Of a DNA stretch of 64,000 nucleotides, positions 24,082 to 37,915 are shown in pieces. The translations under genes were made by a program, and so were the position numbers. The stretch's first letter is position 1; each line of letters opens with the position of its first letter. Below the pieces are notes generated by a model. That model saw only the letters and a list, made by a program, of their open reading frames with translations, was not told where the DNA came from and made no database searches. The DNA comes from Octopus bimaculoides (lineage: Eukaryota), in the NCBI RefSeq assembly GCF_001194135.2, contig NC_068997.1:3201579-3265578 (forward strand), read 5' to 3'.

Positions 24082-25352
24082 CATATATATATACATACAT
24101 ATTACTCGTACACTCATTCACACCGATATGTGCTCGCGCGCACAGACTTACATACACACATAAACGCACATATGTAGCTGACTCAGATAGTGGTTTTATG
24201 TCGACAAATCCAAATTGAATTCATTTTGACAAGGAAGTCTCGAGCTGCTTGATAATTGCCACTACCATTATTTAGAGCTTTAACCATGCTATAAAGGGCG
24301 CCCCGTAAACAGTTAACAGACAATATAAATAAATATATTAATCTTGCTATATTTGTATAATACTTTCAATTTAATGTATACATAAAATCCTTTTTACATA
24401 GGTGACACATTTCCTGAGACAAGACTAAATTCAGTTTGTTTCATGATTCTAGCTTTGTTCATACAACGTGATTCAGTTTGATTTAAGTCCGACTGGAACT
24501 CATTTAAGTTTGATTGATTTTTATTTGATAACCAATCTACTTGATTGTCTATTTTCGTTTGATGCGGCTCATCAAACATTTGGCATTTTTTCTTAAATGG
24601 ATGCAATTTTATTAGGAATATTTTCAATATTACCTATATATGCCATTTATTCTTTAGGCAAATCAGCTAAATTATTACGAAGTATGGAGATATTCTTTCG
24701 AGAAAATTATTGCAGTAACTTGGAATAAACATTTTATAGAAAGCTTACTTATTTAATCACGGTTTCTCCGAATTCGTAGTCAAGTTCGATACTTACTGAG
24801 TCTGACACTAAATTTATTTGTAGGGTTTGACATGTGGAGATGAAAGTCACCAATAGTACAAAAATGCTTCATAAAATACTTGTGTCGGAAATTAGAATCT
24901 AAAATCGTTTAGTTTTTCTGTTGTTATTACTGAACGCAGTTTAAGGAATAAATTGCTGATAATGCATAGTTGATAATTTATAAGTCTTTCCTTCACACTA
25001 GGGAATGATTAACAAGACAACAAAATATTTTTTTTAAAAAACGAGAGATTTTGAGATTTTTAAGCTGAACCACATGATTCAGGATCTNNNNNNNNNNNNN
25101 NNNNNNNNNNNNNNNNNNNNNNNNNNNNNNNNNNNNNNNNNNNNNNNNNNNNNNNNNNNNNNNNNNNNNNNNNNNNNNNNNNNNNNNNNNNNNNNNNNNN
25201 NNNNNNNNNNNNNNNNNNNNNNNNNNNNNNNNNNNNNNNNNNNNNNNNNNNNNNNNNNNNNNNNNNNNNNNNNNNNNNNNNNNNNNNNNNNNNNNNNNNN
25301 NNNNNNNNNNNNNNNNNNNNNNNNNNNNNNNNNNNNNNNNNNNNNNNNNNNN

Positions 25353-25545
25353 GTGCGTGCGTGCGTGCGTGCGTGCGTGCGTGTGACCACTGCTTGACAA
25401 CCGGTTTGGTGTGTTAGAGGTTCGGCAAAGGAAACACATAGAATAAATACGAGGTTTCAAAAGAACTGAATACGAAGGTCAATTCTTTCGACTAAATTTC
25501 TTCAAAGCGGTGCCCCAGCATGGCCGTAATCTAATGACTGAAACA
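25353..25545 (+). mobile_element. SINE internal (GTGC)n plus 3' module
   Basis: (GTGC)n followed by CACTGCTTGACAACCGG...CCCCAGCATGGCCG...TGACTGAAACAG. Confidence 0.65.
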
Positions 25546-25567
25546 GTTGTACATTGTGGGTGATGTG

Positions 25568-25740
25568 TTACCGGCACATAAAGGTCTATAAATGTAAGTG
25601 GTGCTTGATGACGTACCTTCTTCACGCATAAAGCTGTATAAATGTAGAGTGTAGGGGATGATGGTACCTGAACTCGTAAAGGTATATAAATGTATAGGGT
25701 GTCTGGTACCTCCACCCATAACCCTATATAAGTCTAGAAT
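25568..25740 (+). repeat. Degenerate ~48-49-bp tandem repeat (about 3-4 units)
   Basis: TATAAATGTA recurs near 25589, 25637 and 25685, each followed by G-rich sequence and (G)GTACC. Confidence 0.6.
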
Positions 25741-26247
25741 ATGGCTGATCTGTATAACTGTAGACTTTGTGCTATATACTGTATCGATTGCACGCATATG
25801 ACTTCTTATTCGTTGCCAGGTGTAAATGTAGGTGACCGTAAGTGTAAGTGTGTAAGTCTATCCAATATGCAATTACTTCACAACTCATAAACATTGAACT
25901 AATCATTTCATATCATTCATATTTATGTCTTCATTAATTCAAAAGTCCACGTCTTTATTCATTTTGTTCATAAAAAACAAAAACATACATTCATAGTCTT
26001 AGTTTTCTGCTGTTTGTCTGCTTTTTTTTGTTTTGTTTTGTATTTCTTCTCCCATATTTCATATTTGCCATCTTCATACATCCAATTCATGACGAAAATA
26101 GATATTCCATCATTAAATAATACTAGACAACTAAAAAATACACAAATATATGTGACAAAAACAAAAGCAAAAGCTTAGTGTGGCAATGGAGAACACAAGA
26201 ACGAGAACTGATGACTACATATTTCTATTGTATTGTCTGCAATGCGT

Positions 26248-26430
<183 letters not shown>

Positions 26431-27502
26431 CTTGCTGTTGTTTCTACTGTTTGTTGTTGCTATTCGTATCGCCTGCATTTATTACGTACATTATTCGACA
26501 GGAAGTAATGTTTGTAGTAGCGTTTTGGGCGAAAAACGTTGAACGATAGATTACATTCGCTCCGAAATGTGTCTATTGATTCGCTACAAATAATTAAATT
26601 AAGCTGTATTCCATAGATACACTTTATGCAGAGATTTCAGGCCTTTATTTCCTAAATAATTTTCTCCTATAGTTTAAAAATTTATTTGATTCTTCCGTTT
26701 CTCTTTTTTTTTTCTGTGTAGGTTTTTTAAATTACGATGTTGTTTTTTTTTTAAATACATTTTCAACATTATAGTTGCCATTGTTGATGTTTTATACATT
26801 TTATTCATTTTTTGGTTTTGGCTTGTTTTAAATCGACATTTAATACGGATATCTTTGTGCGCAGACGATAATCTCAATCGACGTCATCTTTGCTAAAACA
26901 GAATATTGTTCCTACATATTTGAAAGTTGTTCATTTAGTCCATTACACGGCTCATTGAATTAATTGGCGTTTTATCGTGTTTACATGATACAATGGTTGT
27001 TCGGTTGTGGTTTTGTGTGTCAAAAGTGTATAGAGGAGATTTCTGTTAGGAAACAAGGATCTTTGTTTTCTCGACTCCAATACACAACGCTGAAAGGCAA
27101 AACACATGCAAACATGCATATATAAACATACATACATTTAGACGCGTACATATAAACATATTTACAATCATGCATACATAGATAAATGCATACATACATA
27201 CATACATACATACATACATGCACAGAGAGTTAGGTACTGTACCGCAAGCATCTTAACACACATAGATGTAGACACATACAGATATGTGTACTTAGCGAAA
27301 TAAACGTACATCTCGGAACATATACGTAAATGTATATACATACAGATGTGGACATCTATAGAGATAAAGATACACATATAAACACAGTAATATGTGCACG
27401 ACATTTGTATACACACATGGAATGACAGCAATAGATATACTCATACACATACAGAAATGCGCAGAAACACAATTACAAACACATACCCATTTACATACAC
27501 AC

Positions 27503-27540
<38 letters not shown>

Positions 27541-27552
27541 NNNNNNNNNNNN

Positions 27553-27595
<43 letters not shown>

Positions 27596-27659
27596 CTACA
27601 TATACAGTATACATACGCATATACACATAGCAACAAATATACATGTTGGTATACATATT

Positions 27660-27780
27660 GGTTTCAAATTTTAGCCCTCGAAAAAGGTGAAAGGCAAGGT
27701 CGACCTGGACGGAATTTGAACTCGAAATATAAAGACTACTTTGCACGGCGTGCTAGGGATTCTGTCAATTCGCCGCCTTA
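27660..27780 (-). mobile_element. SINE fragment (GGCGG-headed family)
   Basis: GAAAGGCAAGGTCGACC...GGAATTTGAACTCG...TTCGCCGCCTTA. Confidence 0.7.
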
Positions 27781-28776
27781 ACAAATATCAGTAAACATAC
27801 ACGCGTAGACAAGCAACAACACTTATAAATACACACATATACGCGCAGCCTACTATAACATTAATACATACAAACGTTCCATTACATATATACACATAGA
27901 ATGGCATTACACCTTTAAACTATACACTCGTTCAATGTCCGAGTATTGAAGATGTCTCCTGGAGTTATGTTGAACAGGTGATGTATTCAGAGCACGGAGC
28001 AAGTTATTCGTCGACAATGACGGATGATCGCTCTACTGATTTCCTTTGACTGTGCAGCACAGATAACACTCCTTTGTCTCGTAATTATGGGGATGCAAAT
28101 TGCATGGTGGATACATATGTAATGATTAAGGAGAAGTGGTGTTCACCCCGGTCATTACAACCAAGTCACAACAAAATTATTATCCGGGGGTATTGACATA
28201 TCCCGATCATAAGCGAGTAAATCGGAAGACACATATGGGAGAAGATACTTGCACTTCTCATTAAATGCAATCTAGGATTGTGGAGTCCTTAAAATGGTCC
28301 TACAGCATCACTTCCAAGTTAGATACCCAAACTACAATACTTTAATATTCATAAAAAAACACTTTTACCAACGATCGCCATTGTGAAAATTTCAATGTAC
28401 TTAAATGCGTCCTGGTTTGCAAATAATTTAGATAGCATAAAGCTTTATAACCAAAATACATTTACATCCTAAACAATCGACACCAATACATACATAATCC
28501 CCAACACCAAGACAACTATAACGATTTCTCACCAAACATCATCTTCTTTTCTACACACTTCACTACAACACATTGACAACAATTCCTTTAATTTGTTCAC
28601 ACTTTCTACCAATTATCATCACAGTACATACATCCTTGAAGAGAGCAAAAACACGTTTGCAAACTGAAATCGAGTTCCAATTCTAAAAAGAGTGAAAATT
28701 TCCCAAATCCCATAATACCGGAATTTCATACATTCAACACTATAGACGGAGAAAAAACGCATTCTACAATACAACC

Positions 28777-29103
28777 CAATTCTTTCACAACTCTACACTA
28801 GTTCTACTACAATGCAGCACAAGTTGTTCCACGACACAACCCTATTTTCCACAGCACATACTCAGTTCTTCCACAACATATTCTTAGTTCTTCCTCAACA
28901 TATCTCCAGTTCTTCTACAATGCAACAACAGCTCTTCCATATCTGAACCTCAGTTCTTCCATATTACAACACCAGTTCTTTCATGACATTATCTTAACTC
29001 TTCCAAATACAACTGCAGTTCTTCTACAAAACAGCATCAGTTCTTTTTCAACGCAACCCCAGTTTTTCCACAACATACCAACAATTCTTCCTCAATACGA
29101 ACT
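28777..29103 (+). repeat. 22-bp minisatellite, 15 diverged units, consensus ~CAGTTCTTCCACAACACAACNN
   Basis: Hand-parsed: 13 units of 22 nt, one of 20 and one of 21. Confidence 0.88.
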
Positions 29104-30659
29104 TTGTTGTGTCGTGGAATATACATATCAACCAGGGACAAATAATGTGAGCATCAAGCGAAGAATAAGAAAATAAAAACAGAAAATAAAAATGGAAAGA
29201 ATCAAAAAATAGAAAAGAAGGACAGAATAAATCGTTAACAAATTCCCTGAAAAAGTATGAATCATTTGTAGCTAATATGTCTATAATTAACACTAAAACA
29301 TGATAATTCTTAATTAGTAGCATCAGAAATATCAATAAAGGTCAGGCCACCATTATGACAACAACAACAATATTAAGACATATACATTACACTAAACAAA
29401 GGCTCTCATCAGATATTTTTTCTAAAAAGAGTCACCAAAAACAAAACAAAGCCACAGAGACGCATCGTCCACCGAGATAACACATGATTTTGAGTCCTTC
29501 TTTCCATCAGATATTCCTTCTTTCCATCAGACATTCAAAAGTTTCAGAATAGGACAAAATTCTAAAAATACACCTAATTCTCTTCAATTCCATGGAGGGA
29601 TGGAGTTCTGTGAGAATTTAGAATACTGAGATGTTTGAATTGAAAACATTGAGGGATGAAAGGAAAACGATATAACCAGTATTGTCCGACACTTTGCACT
29701 CTATGCCAAATATGCAAATGGCTACAAATAACAGTCAAGTTACCTTCAAATCACGTCTTGTCTTACAAAGGGACATAACTGGATAATATAATCTCTAATA
29801 TACCTAAACTTTTGATAGGACCTCACAGATGAATCTTATAATAGTTCTTATGAGTGAGGGATGCCCAAGGATTCAACAATCGATATAAAATTATTTTCGT
29901 GAAATATTTTATATCGATTGTATAAAACGTTAAATATTGATTTCTAAAATTGACATAATGCGTCACACATTTTACAGCATGGCATGATCGATTAAATCGA
30001 ACTTGTCTTTGATTGGTAGTTACGGTATCGATCCCAGGTAGATGAAAGTAAAAGTTAATTAGAACAGGATTAGAACTCAGACTATAAATTTTTGTAACTA
30101 GACACTTTGAATTATTCCCTATCGATTTTGTCACCCTCCTCCCAGTATAGTTATTAAAATATTTAATGGAGACAAATGTGGTGGATTTTTGTGGAGCAGG
30201 AGAGTCAACACCCTTTAAATTCCGGACGAAATACTTTGCTGTTTTTAGATTCGTCCATTGATTTTCTCAAAGATCGATTTTAAACCTCATCCTTCCAGGG
30301 TCAAGAAAATATTTAGCAATTCATGTTCTTCAATCCTAGAACAACAGAAAAGTGATTGTAATTTATTTTTGTCCTTTTCTGAAAATATATCGTCAAATAA
30401 AAAGCTTCTCGTTTTAAGACCGAAGGAAGAAATTTGAAGTAAATTGCCTGGTATTTCAGCGATCCAAAATTTTCATGGTTCATTTGGTTGTCCATAGTCA
30501 TTGTATAAGTTGAAATATGTTAATTTAAAATCACACACACACACAAACACAACCACAAACAATTACACACCAACATACACAAATAAATGATGATAGTGAT
30601 TATGATGTTAGTTTTCGCTCGTAGTTTGAGAATGATGCTTCTACAGTATCTTTCTGAAC

Positions 30660-30900
30660 TCCTTGCACAAATGATTTGGTTATAGTGATCAAATGTATGT
30701 GCTGTACATTGGTTCGCTCAATCCATAAAATTGATATTACCTCCCTGTACTGGCGCACGGTGTACCACACGTCAGGTGTTGAAGTGATCACAAAGCAATG
30801 TAAGATGAAGTGTTTTTAAACACCACGCACTATCCAGTCCAAGAACTGAAACCACGATCTCCCGATCGTGAGTACAACACTCTGTGGTCATGCACCCTCA
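30660..30900 (-). mobile_element. tRNA-derived SINE (family of 3568-3830)
   Basis: Minus strand has GTACTCACGATCGGGAGATCGTGGTTTCAG, CTGACGTGTGGTA and TTTGATCACTATAA. Confidence 0.65.
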
Positions 30901-31679
30901 CGTGGTTGTGAACCCTCGCACTCACAAATAAACAGACACACACAGGCATAAACACGCTCATCTCTAAGCACAAATGCACTAACAACTTGCTTTCCATGTT
31001 TTGTCCTCAGTTTTCGTCCAATGCACTCCCATATGAACGTCAATAAAAGCAGTTTCCGTATACAACATTGCATCATTTAAGAAAAATCAATCTGCGGATA
31101 TGAATATAATAGCTGTAAGGAGTGGTTAATTAACTGAAGACGGATGTAAATTAAAGATTAATAAATCGTAATTAGATTAATTGCTGAACGATTTGCATAA
31201 GAGAAAGTGACCTGAATCTACTGCATTACAATGACAACTTGAAGATATCGCATATTGGAAAGGATATTGACAATTAAGATGGCCTCTTTTTCGTTTCTTT
31301 CTTTTGATCACACTGCTTTCGCGGATTCCCACGTCTTTCTGTCACCATCCAGTTTCATTATCATGAATTTGAATTGGAGACTTTAGTTGTAGTGAATCTT
31401 TCATCAACTGACTACACAACCATAGACGCTGCCCCTAGGGATGCGTTGCAGTTACTCTCTTAATAGAGCTTGATACTCTTGACAGTTCTGCTGGGTTTCC
31501 ACTGTTCAGCGTTGGCTCAGCTGAGGTTTTCCACTAGGGTCTTCATAATCCGCCAAACTGCAGTCCCCAGATTTCGCGTATCACTGGCAGGGTGGCTGTA
31601 CAGTTGCTATGCCTTGCCACAGGGCAACCCGTAACTATGCAGGCCACGGTCCTCAGACCTTTCAGACCAAGTCTACCTG

Positions 31680-31855
31680 AGCGAAATGCTGTTGATTTCT
31701 TTTCCTTTGAATCATACAATCACTTTGTTGACTGTGGCAAGAGGAATCTCACTGTTTTGTGGAATCTTACGCTGGTTATATCCAACATCAGATTGACCCA
31801 CGATACACCCTCTTTGAAAATCAATCAATTCTTTTGCTTTTGGTGTTCGCGGCAT
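31680..31855 (-). mobile_element. Tc1-like transposase N-terminal remnant
   Basis: Manual translation [51 protein letters not shown]. Confidence 0.75.
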
Positions 31856-31953
31856 GGCTATATGCTATAAACAATTAAGATGCTGTAATCTGGAATGAAA
31901 AATAATAATCGGTCATAAAAAGCTTCATGCACAGCTTCATGAGGGTATCTCTC

Positions 31954-31995
<42 letters not shown>

Positions 31996-32346
31996 NNNNN
32001 NNNNNNNNNNNNNNNNNNNNNNNNNNNNNNNNNNNNNNNNNNNNNNNNNNNNNNNNNNNNNNNNNNNNNNNNNNNNNNNNNNNNNNNNNNNNNNNNNNNN
32101 NNNNNNNNNNNNNNNNNNNNNNNNNNNNNNNNNNNNNNNNNNNNNNNNNNNNNNNNNNNNNNNNNNNNNNNNNNNNNNNNNNNNNNNNNNNNNNNNNNNN
32201 NNNNNNNNNNNNNNNNNNNNNNNNNNNNNNNNNNNNNNNNNNNNNNNNNNNNNNNNNNNNNNNNNNNNNNNNNNNNNNNNNNNNNNNNNNNNNNNNNNNN
32301 NNNNNNNNNNNNNNNNNNNNNNNNNNNNNNNNNNNNNNNNNNNNNN

Positions 32347-32407
<61 letters not shown>

Positions 32408-32967
32408 TATATGTGTGTGTATGTGTGTGTCATCATACTTCAATATGTCAATAATCAACAATATCAACAACAGATGTTATTACAAACACAAAAAGACAAC
32501 CAACAACAAAAAAATTAAAGGCATGGTTATATATGTTTCCATTTCTAATATTCCATTAATAGCATTCTGCGTTGTTGTGTGATATTACAGAAGAATGTAG
32601 TGCTATCCTTGTGAATTATCAAGCTGATATGAATATATGTTTTAGAGAATAGAATTGTTAAGATAGTTACAGTGTCCCAGCTGGAGGGAAATTTCTTTTC
32701 AAAACTCTCATAATAAATATTGTACATTAATTTTTTTTTTTACAAAATACTCGTGGTTCTGCTGTTTTGTGCTATACTTCTACTATTCACTGCTGTTTTC
32801 TAGTTTTAGGTTTTGCTGTTACCTTAAGAAAATACTGGTTCATGGTTGTTTTTTTTTTAACACTGGAGACACCCTTTATCTACACCATATTAACACTTTT
32901 CCCTCTCCCTGCCTCCATTTTTTTTCTCTCTTACTATTTCTCTGACTGTCTGCCTGCGTGTATGTCT

Positions 32968-33059
<92 letters not shown>

Positions 33060-35132
33060 TCCACACACACACATATACATACGTATTCATATGTAATTTT
33101 CTACATACATTTGTACGTATGTATCTGATACATAGACACGCGCGCGCTCGCACACAGACACACAAGCACAAACACGCACGCGTGTACAAAATCAAGGAGA
33201 CAAAAGGCGAATGGCAATCGTGACATTTTATGTTTACAAACGGGGTAAAAACTTACTTGCTACATACAAAGTATTCTATATATTTTGTTAGAAGTTGAGA
33301 TTTCTTGAATCACAACAATGGTTTTCACGTCACCGTTCATGCACACGATTCAAGTAGGGACAAAGTGTAGTAGTATACAAAGTAAAATATTCAGAAACTC
33401 TTCGAGCTATAATTGACTGCTAACTAAAAATAAACTAAAACAAATATCCCACGCATTTATCTCCTCATTGCTATGTTAGAAACAAGCCGAATTATCAATT
33501 TATGAGCCAAAAATATATTTACATGTCTTCCTCTCCTTTGCTATGTGTACAACACTCACTTAACCAAGGGAAAGTGAAATTTTATTACTGATGAGTATAT
33601 AAAAGGTTTTACGAAATAATAATTTTCCGGCATAGTAAATTCTTTATGTAGGAAGTAAATTATTTTAGCCAGCTCTTTGTTGGAAAATTTTCAATAATAA
33701 GCGAAGGAAGGATCTACTGGAATTCACCAATTCTAATCATTTGTGTAAAATTGTAAGTTGCTGCAACAGAACGTTACGTTTTCCCGAGAAAGAGATAGCA
33801 CGATCTGGAATAATCACTGTAGGGTAAGGCCAGAGTTGTAAAATAAAGCAACCAATCGTCAGATGTATTTGGATAGTGACGTTGTAAAACACCTTTTTGA
33901 GATTCGGTATATTTACATATGTTGAGGTACTATTTTTAGAAGGCTTTTTTAGTAAGTTTCTTCTTATTTAAATCACTGGATCAAATTTAGAGCGGGAAGT
34001 AAGGTGATGGACCCATTCCTGCTAATTTGCGTAGAAAAGCTACCTTTGTTGTATATTTGTGGCTTAAAGAATGTTTGGAAATAAGAGAGTGGAATAGAAA
34101 ATTTAAGAAACACAAAAATATCAACCGTTGCTTTTTTTTTTTAAGCAAAGCTAAATGTTTCTGAATTCAAATGGTGCACAGCAGTTTCTGCTAGTCTGCC
34201 AAAGTAGCCATTCTACAGAGAAAGTGCCCTCTCTACACGGTTGATGTAGCAAAGTAGTGTAAAGAATAACCAAAATCTAGTACTCCCTGATGGTGCTGGT
34301 ACATAACGTCTATCGAGCATCTTCACTAAACATTGGTCAAGATACAACTATAATAACAGTGCTTCCTGCCATACTTTCCTAAGAGAAGCACAGTAGCAAC
34401 CCGCGAGTTGATCAGTAGAAAGAGACTGGATCGGTAGCTCTCTCGCCCTAGTCCTTTCCTGGGAAGATACGTGTCTTCAATTTGAAACTCCACATGTCAA
34501 CAACATATGAACCCTACCCAGCTGCTCCGTCAACAATATGGACAAGTTTATCGCTCTATCGGGGGAGAACTACATAGCATGCAATGACTGTGGTAGAGAT
34601 CTCACGTCATCGTTTGTTAACGGAACTTCAACACAGTCGCAACACATTCTGTCCTAAGTAAAGTGCCTTCCACTCGATAATCTATATTTGCATGCATGCG
34701 TGTATTCATGTATGTATGTGTCTATCTATCAATCTGTCTATATATTCATATACTTATGTGTATCTGTACATGTATGAATGTATATGTATGTATGTACATA
34801 CATATATATANNNNNNNNNNNNNNNNNNNNNNNNNNNNNNNNNNNNNNNNNNNNNNNNNNNNNNNNNNNNNNNNNNNNNNNNNNNNNNNNNNNNNNNNNN
34901 NNNNNNNNNNNNNNNNNNNNNNNNNNNNNNNNNNNNNNNNNNNNNNNNNNNNNNNNNNNNNNNNNNNNNNNNNNNNNNNNNNNNNNNNNNNNNNNNNNNN
35001 NNNNNNNNNNNNNNNNNNNNNNNNNNNNNNNNNNNNNNNNNNNNNNNNNNNNNNNNNNNNNNNNNNNNNNNNNNNNNNNNNNNNNNNNNNNNNNNNNNNN
35101 NNNNNNNNNNNNNNNNNNNNNNNNNNNNNNNN

Positions 35133-35185
<53 letters not shown>

Positions 35186-36109
35186 TGTGTGTCTGGTATG
35201 CGATGACAACACACTTGAGATACCACTTTATGACCACAAATCAATCGCTAATGTTGTGTTTGATCAGCTACATGGAACACAGAAATCGTTTTGTATCGAT
35301 TCGAGTAGCCATGAGTGTTAATTACATTAAATTATTATCGATTTCTGTGACCAATCGTTGTTGTTCAATGGAAAGTACTTCACCACTACACATACTCGCT
35401 GACCCCTGACCTCAAACTTCATAGAGTTATCTACATTTAGACACACCCAGAAAGACTAATATTGTATACACACACGTACTTACGAATAGGTATAGTTATA
35501 CACACATGTACTCATTAATACAACAAACATATACACTTTAACGCACCTCCACACAAATACTCGAAAACACACGTGTGCATATATACATAGGCTGTTACTT
35601 GATTTTGCCAGTCACTCACGCAAACACCAAATTTCCTCCAAAACTGCAATTCCCAAGACAAGATCGCTGGAAAATCAGACGAGCAGAAACTGCAGAGCTC
35701 CATTTGATTCAGAAATGTTTAGCTTTGCCTCAAAAATCACTGGTTAATATTTTTAAGTCACCTAAATTTTATATTCTACTCTCTTATTTCGAAATATACA
35801 TTTAAATCGCAATATTAAATAAAAGTGGAAAATAATTTTTAAATTTAAAAGATTATTTGAATTTGCTTGGAGTATTGCAATGTGTAAATGATATGAGCAA
35901 TACTGTATATCCTATCTTATACATGAAATGGTGTTATGGGAGAATCCTGAATACCCCTCGTGATTGAAGGTGGACTAACCGATTGCAATAAATAAGAACT
36001 GAGTGAACTGCCAGGGGGTAGAGTTGACAGCGTTTTTTTCCTGATTCCGTTTCATCATTTTTGATCCCTGTTAGATGTGAATCACATCGTTAATTATGCT
36101 TTGAAGGTC

Positions 36110-37915
36110 TCCTATAAGGGTGAACCTAATTGTTGAACCTCATTGTTAAATTGTTGAATTGTTAGTTACTGTTTTTTGCTGTGATTTTATAATTGTTTTC
36201 TTCCGCATTTATGGGTGAAGTAGAAGAAAAAACAAGAATGGAGTGCGAACCAGTTCCAGCCGGCAGCTATGCCTCACCCACTGGAAGAAGTTTAACCGCA
36301 GACGTATTACAAGTTCGAGAGGTGAAAATGAAGCAAGGGAAGTTGAAGGAGTTCAACACACTTATCAGAAAGAGTGGAACCAGTTTGAGGTTGGCACCGC
36401 CGGAAAATTTGACAACTAGTTTAATGAAGCGGGCTGTGGTATATAGAACGCTGTCCATGAGAACGAAAAAAAAATAGAAGTAGCTACGGTGGAAGCCATA
36501 GAAGAGTGTTTGAAGGAGATGAAAAGCCTCACGACATTCTGCACCAGAGGGCACAGTGGAGGTAAGGTTCGCTAGCAAACAAGAAGCAATAAACCACTCC
36601 ACCGTGACGCTAAGGGCACCAGAGTGGGTACTTCTGCCGACTTACTGTGGCAAATGAGTGGCCTGGGTAAGGATTGGCAGAGTACCCCTGGAGATTGAGG
36701 AGGTGTGGCTGGTAGCAGCCAGTATGTATAATATGGAGGAAAACGCAAAAGTCTTAAAAGTAACAAGGACGAAAGAATTGAAGTGTTGGGGATACGGCCT
36801 CGGGATGGCTTTCCAGGTAAGTTTACAAGACTTGCACAAGGTAGCGGAGGAGGTGATACTGCCAGTGGATGTGAAATTGAGAGTGGTGGTGGAGGGAAGA
36901 TCTCCAACCTGTTACCAGTGTGGAGTAAGGGGACACATGAAAGCAAGGTATTCCCAGAAAGACGATAAATGTATAAAGGAACTGAAGCAGCAGCGTGCCG
37001 AGCGGGAGCAGAGTGACGAAGTGACGATCCTAATGAATGATAAGGGTTTGGAGAGGGCGGAGGAGGAGCGTACGGTGGTAGATGGGAAACGGCAAGGTGC
37101 TGAGTGGGAGCAGAGTGACGAAGAGATGACCCCAGTAAGTGAGAAGTGTTCGGAGAATGTGGAATATACGGTGGAAAATAGGAAAAAGAAAATGCAGGAA
37201 AACGTAGACACACCGCCAAAGATTCCACTAAATAAAAGGAAGGAAAATAAACGGGAAGATGCACATCAGGAGATTCCAACAACATAAACAAGGGAAGCCA
37301 ATGTGGAAAATAAAGTGAGACTACAAGAACAAGTAACTAATAAAGAACCGGGAAATAAATGTCACATGGTGACATATTCGAAAAGCACGGAGATTGCAAA
37401 AGAAAACAACTAAAATGAAGTCAGTAATAAGAGTGAAGCTAACGACAGAATAATATCCAGAGAGTCCCAATGCAATTGTAATTGAGAGAGAGAGAGAGAG
37501 AGATGTGCGATACTGAGAGAGATGTGCGAAACTGAGAGAGTTGTTCGAACATAGGATATACTCAGCGGGAGTTCACGTGGAGTTCGAAGACTTGCTGCCA
37601 GTAATAGATTATGAGGACCTACTGCCTTTCATAAAATGGTAAAAAAATGTAAGTAAATGTTTGAAATTCTAATAGCTGTAAAACATGCAAAAAGGGAAAA
37701 AAAGATAAAAAAGAAAATGATATAAAAAAACCATTGAACTAAAACAGTCAAATGATACTGCTTGCGAGTGGGGAGCATGTAGCCATTTCATCTTCATTTA
37801 TTATTGTTCTTTCTTCATTTGTTCGTTCTGCGTTTTTTGTCCCCACTGTCGTGTTCTGTCTGTCCTTGTACTGTCCCATCTACGAATAAGCCTGAGTGCT
37901 TAAATAAGGAAAATA
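36110..37915 (+). mobile_element. L1/Tx1-like non-LTR element: degraded gag-like ORF1 with zinc knuckle, no ORF2 seen
   Basis: Frames give GSYASPTGRSLTA...KRAVVYRTL, TVEVRFASKQEA...LLPTYCGK*VAWVRIGRVP...LRVVVEGRSPTCYQCGVRGHMKARY (degenerate CCHC), then an acidic/basic tail and a pyrimidine-rich 3' segment ending ...TTAAATAAGGAAAAT. Confidence 0.6.

Noticed and set aside
28777-29103. CRISPR-like repeat/spacer appearance
   Set aside because: Eukaryotic context, no cas genes, core only about 9 nt, and the 'spacers' are homologous to each other; it is a minisatellite.
33576-33627. CTGATGA-GTA...TAC-GAAA hammerhead-like core
   Set aside because: Stem II is plausible, but the sequence after GAAA pairs directly with the 5' flank, leaving no stem III or UH cleavage site; no three-way junction could be built.
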